A DNA stretch of 18,799 nt, taken from the NCBI GenBank assembly GCA_050125095.1, contig JASFEA010000060.1:1-18799 (forward strand), given 5' to 3'. This DNA is from a bacterium (GTDB lineage: Bacteria > Arandabacterota > Arandabacteria > Arandabacterales > JALGWA01). Each line of letters opens with the position of its first letter. The stretch's first letter is position 1. Under the pieces are notes generated by a model. It did not search any database and had not been told where the DNA came from. It worked only from the letters and a program-made list of their open reading frames with translations. A program made the position numbers and the translations under genes. Of this stretch, positions 1 through 8,600 are shown piece by piece.

Positions 1-896
1 CCCCTTCGCAGACCGGGCACTACGCTCCGGCGGTTATCAATGTGCGCGATATGGCCTATCCGCCGCCAGGGCTCTTCATTCTGGCCTATAACCTGTGGCT
101 GGGCAGCGACACGTATGTAGATAGATATGGAGAGAGTCTGCCGAGTGAATTGAAGCTCGATGCCAGCGCGTTCGCGACCGTTCCCGCCGTGTTCTGGGGG
201 TCCAGCTTCAGCCTGCTCGGCGGCGCGCGCTATCTGGTCGGCGTATCGCCCAACTACTTCACCGCCGACGGAAGGGTCATATTTGAGGAAGGCGAGGGCG
301 ATTCGACGGTTGCCAGGGTCGAAGAGGGCAGCGTCTCGGGATGGAGTGACCTGTTCATATCGCCCGTGACCCTCTGCTGGGCTCTGACCAATTTCGATCT
401 CACCTTCTCGTATGGTTTTGCGGCCCCCACCGGAAGGTACAATACGGGCGCCGACGATAACGTCGGCCTGGGCTTCTGGACACATCAGTTCCAGGGGTAC
501 GGCTACTACTATCCGTCTCCAAGCAAGGCAACTGCGCTTATGCTCGCCCTCACATACGAGCTCAACGGGAAGATCAAGGATGCAGATGTGAACCCCGGAA
601 ACCGGCTCTCCCTGGAGTGGGGCTTGAGCCAGTACCTAACCGAGCAGTTCGAAGTGACCGTGCAGGGTGGGCACAACTGGCAGATCAGCGACGACAGCGG
701 CAGCGACGTTTACTGGGACCCGAGCTTTCATGACCGGAAGAACACGATCGCTTTCGGCGGGAGTTTCTGGCCGTGGCCTGACTGGCTCAATATCTCGCTC
801 AAGTATGCCTTTGACTTCGGGGCCCGGGGGCGTCTTGAGGCCGATTACTGGATGCTCAATCTCATATTTCTTACAAATACTTTGACCGGAGAATAA
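1..896 (+). CDS. SphA / MetA-pathway-of-phenol-degradation family outer-membrane beta-barrel (5' end outside window)
   Basis: Frame 3 is open from the window start (PSQTGHYAPAVINVRDMAYPPPG). It contains family-typical GLSD-like 'GWSDLFISP' and 'APTGRY...NVGLGFWT' segments and alternating beta-strand patterns. Stop TAA at 894-896. Confidence 0.8.
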   Translation, partial: PSQTGHYAPAVINVRDMAYPPPGLFILAYNLWLGSDTYVDRYGESLPSELKLDASAFATVPAVFWGSSFSLLGGARYLVGVSPNYFTADGRVIFEEGEGDSTVARVEEGSVSGWSDLFISPVTLCWALTNFDLTFSYGFAAPTGRYNTGADDNVGLGFWTHQFQGYGYYYPSPSKATALMLALTYELNGKIKDADVNPGNRLSLEWGLSQYLTEQFEVTVQGGHNWQISDDSGSDVYWDPSFHDRKNTIAFGGSFWPWPDWLNISLKYAFDFGARGRLEADYWMLNLIFLTNTLTGE

Positions 897-957
897 CTAG
901 TTCATGCGGGTGATATATTCTGGATTTTCAGGGTGCCATGGAATTCGGGGGGAGTCA

Positions 958-1887
958 GTGAAGTGGCGTCGCCACTCGCGCGCCGGGAGGATGCTGGTCC
1001 TCTATCTCGTCCTGGCCGGGGTGCTGCTCCCAAGTTCCGCCGGTGCGGACCTAGAGCCCCGCTTTCTGGCACCGGCCCCCGTGGGATTGAACTCAGGTCT
1101 TGTGGGTTACTCCTACTCGGTGGGGAACGTCATGCTGGATGATGCGCTCCCGCTGGAGGGAACCGAGTCCAGGCTCAATGCCCTAACGGCCGGCTATGCC
1201 CGGACCGTGGATATACTGGGGCAACTGGGGCGAATATGGGTGGCCGTGCCGCTGGCCAATGGCAAATGGACGGGCGATGTCGAGGGAAGCGACAGCAGCA
1301 CGACTCGAAACGGTCTGGGGGACCCCATAATCGGTGTTGTCTGGCATCTCTATGGTGCTCCCGCCCTGAGTATGAGTGAATTCGCCTCCTATCGGCCTAA
1401 GACGATTGTTGGCTTGAGTATCAAGGCGAGACTCCCGTTGGGCCAGTATAGCAGCAGTCAATTCTTCAATCTGGGCACCGGGCGCTTCCAGATAAGCCCG
1501 CGAATCGGCCTTACTCATTATATCGGGAAATTCATACTGGAAGCCTATGCGAGCGCCTGGTTCTTCACAAGAAACGACGACTTCTACCGAGGAAACTCGA
1601 TCGAACAGGATGCCATGGTGGCCTTTCAGGTACATGCAGCCTACCGCTTCCGGCGTGGTTGGTGGGGAGCGGTCTCGTTCGGCCAGAGCTTCGGCGGGGA
1701 GACGAGGCTGAATGGGGTCAGGCAAGACAACTCACAGACTAACAACAGGGTTGGCGTTACTTTTGCCTTTCCGTTGGCCCGCACACATGCCTTGAAGATC
1801 GTCCTGACATCAGGCATCTCAACTCGCGCAGGCGCCGACTTCAACACTGTCGCGATAGCCTGGCAGCACCGCTGGGGCGCGGGGTGA
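958..1887 (+). CDS. Second MetA-pathway/SphA-like transporter (outer-membrane barrel)
   Basis: Signal peptide followed by DLEPR..APVGLN, GLGDP and 'PLGQY...NLGTGR' motifs. GTG at 958 follows GGGGAG; ATG 991 and the ORF start at 904 are alternatives. Confidence 0.75.
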   Translation: MKWRRHSRAGRMLVLYLVLAGVLLPSSAGADLEPRFLAPAPVGLNSGLVGYSYSVGNVMLDDALPLEGTESRLNALTAGYARTVDILGQLGRIWVAVPLANGKWTGDVEGSDSSTTRNGLGDPIIGVVWHLYGAPALSMSEFASYRPKTIVGLSIKARLPLGQYSSSQFFNLGTGRFQISPRIGLTHYIGKFILEAYASAWFFTRNDDFYRGNSIEQDAMVAFQVHAAYRFRRGWWGAVSFGQSFGGETRLNGVRQDNSQTNNRVGVTFAFPLARTHALKIVLTSGISTRAGADFNTVAIAWQHRWGAG

Positions 1888-2009
1888 TGGGCGCGGACAC
1901 GAGAACGACAAAGGCATGGGAGAGTGGGCATGTCAATAACGCGAATAACAAGACAAGGCGCAGAGGCACTGCGCGGGGAGACCGAGTCGCAGCGAAAGGA
2001 GATAGTATC

Positions 2010-3335
2010 TTGAGAGCAAACCGTCGAGAGTCGATTCGGCTGCACTGGACCTGGGTTGCCCTGGTTTCAATGCTCCTTCTTACGGTCCAGCCCGTCCTGG
2101 CGGCCGGCCAGGGGGCAGAGGATTATGAGGGCCGGATCGTCGATGAGGTCAGGATAACAGGGGCGAAGCACACCAAGGAACGTATCATCAGAAGAGAGCT
2201 TGCGTCCAGAGCCGGCCAGCCACTGGATAGCGAGAATATGGCCGAAGACAGGTCCAACCTGGACGCGCTTGGAGTATTCAGCCAGATCGAAGTGTATCCC
2301 ATGGAGGAAGAGGGGAGGCTCGTTCTCGTAGTCGACCTCAAGGAGACGTTCCGTTACCTGCCCACTGTCTCGCTTAAGATAGACGATGAAAACGGGATCT
2401 CAATCGGGGGCGGGCTCAAGGCCACCAATCTCTTCGGCAGGGCCATGTTCTTCTCCGGGACCGCCCTGTTCGGCGGCGCGACGACGATCGTCCTCTGGCT
2501 AAAGGACAACTGGGTCGTGGGGGACCATATCGGTTACGACCTCAAGTACTTCCACAGGGACAGGCGGAACGAGCTTTTCGGCTTCAATGAGCTCTCGGAC
2601 GAGGTGTTCCTGGAGATCGGGGGCCGGCTGGGCAAGCGAGGCCGCGCCGGCGTGCCGATCTCATTTCAGAGCATCAAGAGCGACACCGATGGGAAGACGC
2701 TCGACCCGGATAACAGAGACAACATGCTCTCGGTGGGGGGATTCATTGGCTACGACAGCCGCGATCTGATTTCCAACCCCCACAGCGGCTGGTACAGTGG
2801 GATCGACGCATGCCGGGTCTGGGCGCTTGACAGCGGGCGAGCGCGCTGGCTGGCGAATCTGGATGTGCGCAGGTATGTACAGATATCCGGTCCCCATATA
2901 GCAGCCCTCTTCTCTCTGCTCACGTTGAGCACGGGGTCGGTAGGGGTCGAGGTCGCCGAGTGGCAGCAGTACAGCCTGGGTGGGACGAGCAGCATTCGCG
3001 GCTGGGATATCGGCAGGCGCTACGGTAAGAGCCAGTTCATTAACACCCTCGAGTACCGCTACAACGTTCTGGAGCCAAGGAACTTCCAGTTCTTCGGTAT
3101 CAACGCTTCCCTCGGGATACAGCTCGCCGCCTTCGGCGACGCGGGTGCGGTGTGGAGCGAGCGTGAGGAATTCACGGATTCGTGGATAGCCGGGGGCGGA
3201 ATTGGCCTGCGGCTCATCATCCCCTATGTCGGCCTGGCACGCTTCGACCTCGGCTGGGGCGACAGGCCCTCGGGAGTCGAGGTGCATATCGGGGCCCAGG
3301 AGAAGGCAGATAAGGCGCGACTGCGCGTGAGATAA
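2010..3335 (+). CDS. Omp85/BamA-TamA family outer-membrane protein with a single POTRA domain
   Basis: Signal peptide, then POTRA (VRITGAKHTKERIIRREL...LGVFSQIEV), 'NLFGR', 'YDSRD', 'LGGTSSIRGW' (VRGF-like) and 'GGGIGLR' motifs. TTG at 2010 lies 8 nt after AAAGGAG; the ORF is open from 1884. Confidence 0.85.
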   Translation: MRANRRESIRLHWTWVALVSMLLLTVQPVLAAGQGAEDYEGRIVDEVRITGAKHTKERIIRRELASRAGQPLDSENMAEDRSNLDALGVFSQIEVYPMEEEGRLVLVVDLKETFRYLPTVSLKIDDENGISIGGGLKATNLFGRAMFFSGTALFGGATTIVLWLKDNWVVGDHIGYDLKYFHRDRRNELFGFNELSDEVFLEIGGRLGKRGRAGVPISFQSIKSDTDGKTLDPDNRDNMLSVGGFIGYDSRDLISNPHSGWYSGIDACRVWALDSGRARWLANLDVRRYVQISGPHIAALFSLLTLSTGSVGVEVAEWQQYSLGGTSSIRGWDIGRRYGKSQFINTLEYRYNVLEPRNFQFFGINASLGIQLAAFGDAGAVWSEREEFTDSWIAGGGIGLRLIIPYVGLARFDLGWGDRPSGVEVHIGAQEKADKARLRVR

Positions 3336-3387
3336 GTGTGGCGACACACTCAGCCGAGCAGTACTGATAAGCCGTGCGGCTTGACCA
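3333..3387 (+). rRNA. 23S rRNA 3'-terminal fragment (~55 nt, non-functional remnant)
   Basis: TAAG-TGTG-GCGA-CACA-CTCAGCCGAGCAGTACTGAT-AAGCC-GTGC-GGCTT-GACCA follows the pattern of the last two hairpins of bacterial 23S rRNA and is followed by a spacer and 5S sequence. Confidence 0.8.
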
Positions 3388-3431
3388 TCGCAATTATCTG
3401 AACGCTTACTAAATTGGTGCTTGTGATCTTT

Positions 3432-3517
3432 TTCCCATTTCGAACACGAAGGTTAAGCCCTCCAGCGCCGATGGTACTGCATGGGAGACTGTGTGGGAGA
3501 GTAGGTCGCCACCGGGC
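3432..3517 (+). pseudogene. rrf: 5S rRNA pseudogene with internal ~33-nt deletion
   Basis: TCCCATTTCGAACACGAAGGTTAAGCCCTCCAGCGCCGATGGTACTG...GGGAGAGTAGGTCGCCACCGGG is the 3' two-thirds of 5S. The segment equivalent to 4634-4666 of the second copy is missing. A T7 tract follows. Confidence 0.9.
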
Positions 3518-3550
3518 TTTTTTTATGTGGTCATCCGGCCCCCCGACTTC

Positions 3551-3579
3551 TTGACAAGCACATGTGCATCGATTATCCT
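3551..3579 (+). promoter_or_regulatory. Sigma-70-type promoter with palindromic operator candidate
   Basis: TTGACA (3551-3556), 17-nt spacer, TATCCT (3574-3579). Perfect palindrome GCACATGTGC (3558-3567) in the spacer. Confidence 0.7.
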
Positions 3580-3642
3580 CCAACTTAGTATTCTAGGGCT
3601 TTGGCACGGTGGCCCTGCGGCAGAACCTGACTCGGGGTTTGT

Positions 3643-4233
3643 ATGGCACAGGATACCTCTCCTAAAGCCGTTGTCGTATCAGGCCCAAATGGTTCGGGCA
3701 AGACGACATTTGCAAGAGAGTACTTGGAAGAGCACAAGAGTGAATTTCTCAGTGCCGATGACATAGCAGACGAAATCGCGCAGGGGGGCTGGGAGAATTC
3801 CAGAATCGCCGCCGGGCGCCTGTATTTCGAAAGGCTAGAGACACTAATTGCGGATGGAAAGGACCTGCTCATCGAGACAACTCTGGCCGGGAGGGTCTTC
3901 GGACGGATTCTTGATAAACTGAAGGGCCGTGGGTATTATGTCGTCCTGGTCTTCATCTACCTGAGGTCTGCAGATATGTGTCTCGCACGTATACGCGAGC
4001 GCACGAGAAAGGGCGGGCATGACGTGCCGGCAGACGATGTCATACGTCGCTTTTACCGGAGTTGCGCCAATTTCTGGGAGCTCTATAGACAGAGGGCCGA
4101 CCGTTGGTACCTGACAAGCAACTCGACGGTCGAGTTCAGGGATGTGGCCTTTGGTGTCGGAGAGGCGTTTGAAGTGGTTGACGAAGCACTTCTTGAAGAG
4201 TTTACTGAGATCGTACGCGGGAGGGATACTTGA
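3643..4233 (+). CDS. Zeta-toxin-like P-loop ATPase/kinase (COG4185-like)
   Basis: Walker A GPNGSGKTT, then 'ADDIA', 'ETTLAG' and 'RIRERTRKGGHDVP..IRRF' motifs typical of this family. Confidence 0.85.
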   Translation: MAQDTSPKAVVVSGPNGSGKTTFAREYLEEHKSEFLSADDIADEIAQGGWENSRIAAGRLYFERLETLIADGKDLLIETTLAGRVFGRILDKLKGRGYYVVLVFIYLRSADMCLARIRERTRKGGHDVPADDVIRRFYRSCANFWELYRQRADRWYLTSNSTVEFRDVAFGVGEAFEVVDEALLEEFTEIVRGRDT

Positions 4234-4433
4234 TGAGTTACAGCGACTCCTTTGATCCGGAGGTCTATAGGGAGTGTATTGAGATCCAGCGCATCGGGAA
4301 TCGGGCCGTACGCAAAGCCCAGGCCGAAAGTCTCAGGCAGGGTGTTCCGAACGTGTATGCGCACAACGGCTCGCTCTATTATGAGACTGCGGACAGTGAG
4401 ATAACGCTGGAAGATCCCTACGGCACCCCTTAG
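4233..4433 (+). CDS. Small (66 aa) partner protein, putative antitoxin
   Basis: TGATG stop/start overlap with the ATPase gene. The 'IGNRAVRKAQ..LRQGVPNVY..NG' pattern resembles small proteins found downstream of such ATPases. Confidence 0.7.
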   Translation: MSYSDSFDPEVYRECIEIQRIGNRAVRKAQAESLRQGVPNVYAHNGSLYYETADSEITLEDPYGTP

Positions 4434-4630
4434 TAGCGTCGACAATGCCCAGCCTCCGCAGTCAGCACGCCATGGCGGTCTTCCACTCCATTACAACGGA
4501 TCTGGCTTCCGCCCCTTTTGAATCATCGGATTGTCCGGCCAGCGGATAAATCCATACCAGGCGACTGAATAGCCGACGGGATCTGGCTACCGAGCGTAGC
4601 GAGCGTGCCTGACCCCAAGGCATCAGAAGT

Positions 4631-4745
4631 CCCGGTGGTAATTGCGGAGGGGCCACAAGCGTTCCCACCGAACACGATGGTTAAGCCCTCCAGCGCTGAT
4701 GGTACTGCATGGGAGACTGTGTGGAAGAGTAGGACGCCACCGGGC
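4631..4745 (+). rRNA. rrf: Orphan 5S rRNA gene, near full length but degenerate (probable pseudogene)
   Basis: Helix I CCCGGTGG (4631-4638) pairs with CCACCGGG (4737-4744). CCGAAC, GATGGTA and GAGTAGG motifs are present. Loop C reads CCCA--CCGAAC, 2 nt short. A T6 tract follows. Confidence 0.9.
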
Positions 4746-4922
4746 TTTTTTATGTGCGCTGTTGGTAATTGACGATGAATCTCCCCGTTGACAGTTGTCA
4801 CCGCCTGTTGACACAGCAAGAGTTTCCCCTCAGGGCATCGCCTGTAGTTAGTCCCTTGCTGTGCCGGCGCTTACGTCCCGACAACCCGTCCGGCCCGATT
4901 GTTGTTATACCTGCCTGCCTGT

Positions 4923-5522
4923 ATGGCCTCACTATACAGGCAGCGGCATCCCGAGAGCACGGTGCTCTACCGGGTGCTCGCCACCCACTTCGACTCCTTC
5001 CTCACCCGGTATGAAGCCCTGTTCCAGCATCGCTACGGATACCTCCGGCCGGTGGTGCGGGAGGTGGTGGAGCGCTACCTGGACTGCGCCAACCCCATGT
5101 GCGGGTTTGCCAGGATCCGCTGCCCGGCATGCGCCCGTGAGTATCTTCTCACCTTCTCCTGCAAGACCAGACATTTCTGCCCCTCCTGCCACGCCAGGCG
5201 GCGGGAGGCCTGGAGCATCTGGCTCGGCCGGCATCTCCTGCTGCCTGTGCCCCACAGGCAGGTGGTCTTCACCATCCTCAAGATGATAAGACCCCTCTTC
5301 AGATACAACAGGGCGCTCCTCGGAGATCTATGCATGGTGGCCGTAACAGCCATGGCCAAGTACATGAAGGCCTATGCAGAGAGAGACCTCATGCCCGGGG
5401 TGGCAGCGGTCATACAGACGTTCGGGAACCGCCTCAACTTCCACCCCCACCTGCATATGCTCATAACCGAGGGCGGGTCAGTCAAACCGGGAGCGCATGG
5501 AACGGAGCCCCGGGGCGAGTAA
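4923..5522 (+). pseudogene. IS91/ISCR-family rolling-circle transposase, N-terminal fragment (Zn-binding domain + HUH)
   Basis: YLDC...GFARIRCPAC...FSCKTRHFCPSC zinc-binding domain, PHRQVVFT, and QTFG..LNFHPHLHMLITEGG (HUH). Similarity ends at about 5478, followed by unrelated residues and a stop. Confidence 0.9.
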
Positions 5523-5616
5523 CGCGAAACCGACCAGGAGAATGCCCTCTGTCGATGAGTTCATCTAACTTCGGGCGGCCGTCGGCCGGCATGTTCCGGA
5601 CCCCGATTGGGCCGGG

Positions 5617-8600
5617 CTATCTCATGAGCAGCATCTTGCCCGTGTCTGTGAACTCTCCCGCCCTCATGCGCACGAAGTAGACGCCGGGTCCTGCCATTTC
5701 ACCTGCATCGTTCTCGCCGGTCCAGGCCACGGAGTGCCGTCCCGCAGGCCAGGCGGTTTCTGTAAGCAGACGCACGACCCTGCCCTCGGCGTCAAACACT
5801 TCCAGGCGCACGTCACATGGCTCGGGAAGCTCAAAGGCAATGACCGTACTCGCCTCGAAAGGATTCGGACGGTTCTCCCTCAGCGCGAAGGCAGCGGGGA
5901 GGTCGCTCTCTCTCCCGACGCCTGATGACGTATTCTCGACGCTGGATGCGCTGCCCTCATTGCCGGCGAAGTCGGTGGCAGTGACATGGTAGTAGTCATG
6001 CGCATCGTCCGTGACATCCATGGCCGTCCCGACTGTATAGCCTATGAGCAGGGCCGTCGGGTCGAGGCCGGGCGCGGCTGACCCGTAAACCGTGAAGTAG
6101 TCGAAGTCTTCCTCGGGACACTCTTCCCAGGCCAGGTCGGTTGGTGACGGCATGGTGAGGTTCAGGGGCGCGGAGGGTGCGAGGTTGTCGACGGAGTAGC
6201 CGCTGTCCACCGGCGAATCGAAATAGACGCCGGGTGTCGCCGTCAGGGCCGACACGAAGAACGTCGAGTATTGCATCCCCTCGGCAACCGTGGAATCCCC
6301 GAGCGTGGGTACGACTACGGCGTAATCGTCCTCGGCCCTTGCCGGGACTGCCGTGAGGAAGTGCCACTCGCCGGGCGGGTAGAGGACATCGGGCTTGATA
6401 TCCGTCGATTGCCGCTCTGAGGCTGTCTCAAGCAACGCGGGCTCAGAGCCCCCGCAGGTCTGCCCGTAGTCATAGTCTATCCTGCGGTAGACCGCATACT
6501 CGGTGACCGGTACTGCCGATCCGACGACATCGTACCCGCTCCTCGTCCACGACAGGGACACCTGCCGTCCCTGGTCATCGGGGATATCGGTTACGGAGGC
6601 GACGATTGGAAAGTCGTACAGCCAGTCGATCGCCAAATCCGAGCACAGCGGATTAACGCCACCGGAAGTATAGACATGGGTGGATCTCCAGTGAAGGTTG
6701 CTGCCGGGGCTGGCAAAGACCTCATAGCCTGCGCCGGGGAGGAATTCCTGCCAGGCGCCGCCACCGTCCGAACTCATCTCCCAGAGTATGGAGTCAGAGT
6801 AGGTTCCGCTCAGGCGCGCCTGCAGAATAGTCCCATCGGTCCCTGAGACCACCGTCGACCGGGCGACGTTCGCGCCGGCGTCGAAGTGCCGCTGGGAGAC
6901 CTCGATGATCTGGAGGTCCCCTTCACCGTCTGCGACATAGGCGTAGTCTCCGGAGATCGCAATCCCTCTGGCCCAGCTCGGCGTGTCGACGCTATCGGCC
7001 AGCGCGGGGCTCGTCGGAACACTTATGTCTATCACGTAGACACCCTGCAGAGAAGCTGTAACAAAAGCGCGATCGCCGGATACGTCCAGGGCCCATACCC
7101 AGCCCGGAGTGTTGCACACGCCCACGACTGCCGGGCTGGCCGGATTGCTGATGTCTACGACCGCAAGACCGGAGTAGTCTGCGAGATATGCGTAATCACC
7201 CGAGACCTTCACTCCGTATGCTGTACCCGGCGTGGTGCAACTGCCGGCATTCGTGGGGGCAGCGGGATTGCTGATATCCACGACCTCGAAGTGGTCACCC
7301 ACCGCGAGGTAGGCATAGTCTCCGGAGATAGCGATTTCATCGCCGTCATTCAGGGAGACATAGTTGGTTACGAACACCGGGTCTGTCGGGTCGCTTATGT
7401 CAATTATCTGGATACCCTGAGTTCCATCTCCCACATAGGCGTGATTGCCCGAGATCGCAATCCCTCTAGCCAGGCCGGGCGTGTCATAGCCGCCCGCAAG
7501 TGCGGGATTAGTCGGGTCACTGATGTCCACAACCGTCAAGCCGGCACTATAATCTGCTACATATGCGTAGTCCCCCTCGATCGCTATGCCATAGGCGGCC
7601 CCGGGCGTGACATAATTGCCCGCGAAGGCCGGGCTCGCGGGGTCGCTGATATTCACAACCGTGAGCCCGGCAGACCCGAAGCCCGCATATGCATAGTCGC
7701 CGGAGACCGCAACCGCGAAGGCGTCCTGGGAATAGCTGAAATCCGTCGCGATGACCGGCTTGATGGGATAACTGACGCGTATGACCTTCAGCCCGTCGGT
7801 GTAGTCCGCCACGTACGCATATTCTCCCGAGATCACCACGCCCCTGGCTGATCCGGGCAGATCGATGCCGCTTTCAAACGCGGGACTTGTGGGGTCGGTT
7901 ATGTCCACTGCCCTCAGGCCATTAAGGTCCGCGTAGTAGGCACAATCTCCCGAGACCGCAACGTCCGTTGCGAAGCCGTAGGACGGGTCATAAGCTCCTG
8001 CGGAGGCCGGATTCTCGGGGTCACTTATGTCTATCACCTGAAGACCCGCCGAATTGTCGGCTACATACGCATAGTCCCCCGAGACGCAGACGCTCCGGGC
8101 GAGACTGGGCGTGTCGTGAATGCCGGCAGATGCGGGATTGGCGGGGTCGCTTATGTCTATCACCTGGAGTCCAGAGTAGCCCACCGCGACATATGCATAG
8201 TCTCCCGCGAGTGCGATGCCATAGGCGAAATCAGCCGTGACGTATCGGCCCTCAAGTGCGGGGTTGGCGGGGTCGCTGATGTCAACAACGGTGAGCCCCG
8301 AGTCAGCATCGGCAATGTACGCATAGTCCCCCGCGATCGCGACACTGTAGGCGGTGCCGGGCGTTCCATAGCTTCCGGCAAGCGAAGGGTTCGTGGGATC
8401 TGTTATGTCCACAACCTGCAGGCCCGAGGTGTAGTCGGCGACGTGTGCATAGTTGCCTGAGATCGCGACGTCGATGGCGTGCACGGGCGTGTTATGGGTA
8501 TTGGCAAGCGTGGGGTTGGTGGGGTCTGAGATGTCTACTATGTGCAGGCCGGACCCCCCGGCAGCCAGATAGGCATAGTCGCCGTATATGGTCAGGTTCT

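Noticed and set aside
3350-3766. Short ORFs (77 aa minus, 91 aa plus) and the similar ones at 4523-4819
   Set aside because: They are translations of rRNA-derived sequence.
4498-4588. GGATCTGGCT direct repeat (two copies ~81 bp apart)
   Set aside because: Only 10 bp and two copies; compatible with chance.
6886-7851. 321-aa plus-strand ORF
   Set aside because: Antisense shadow of the GC-rich LVIVD repeat gene; no independent motifs.
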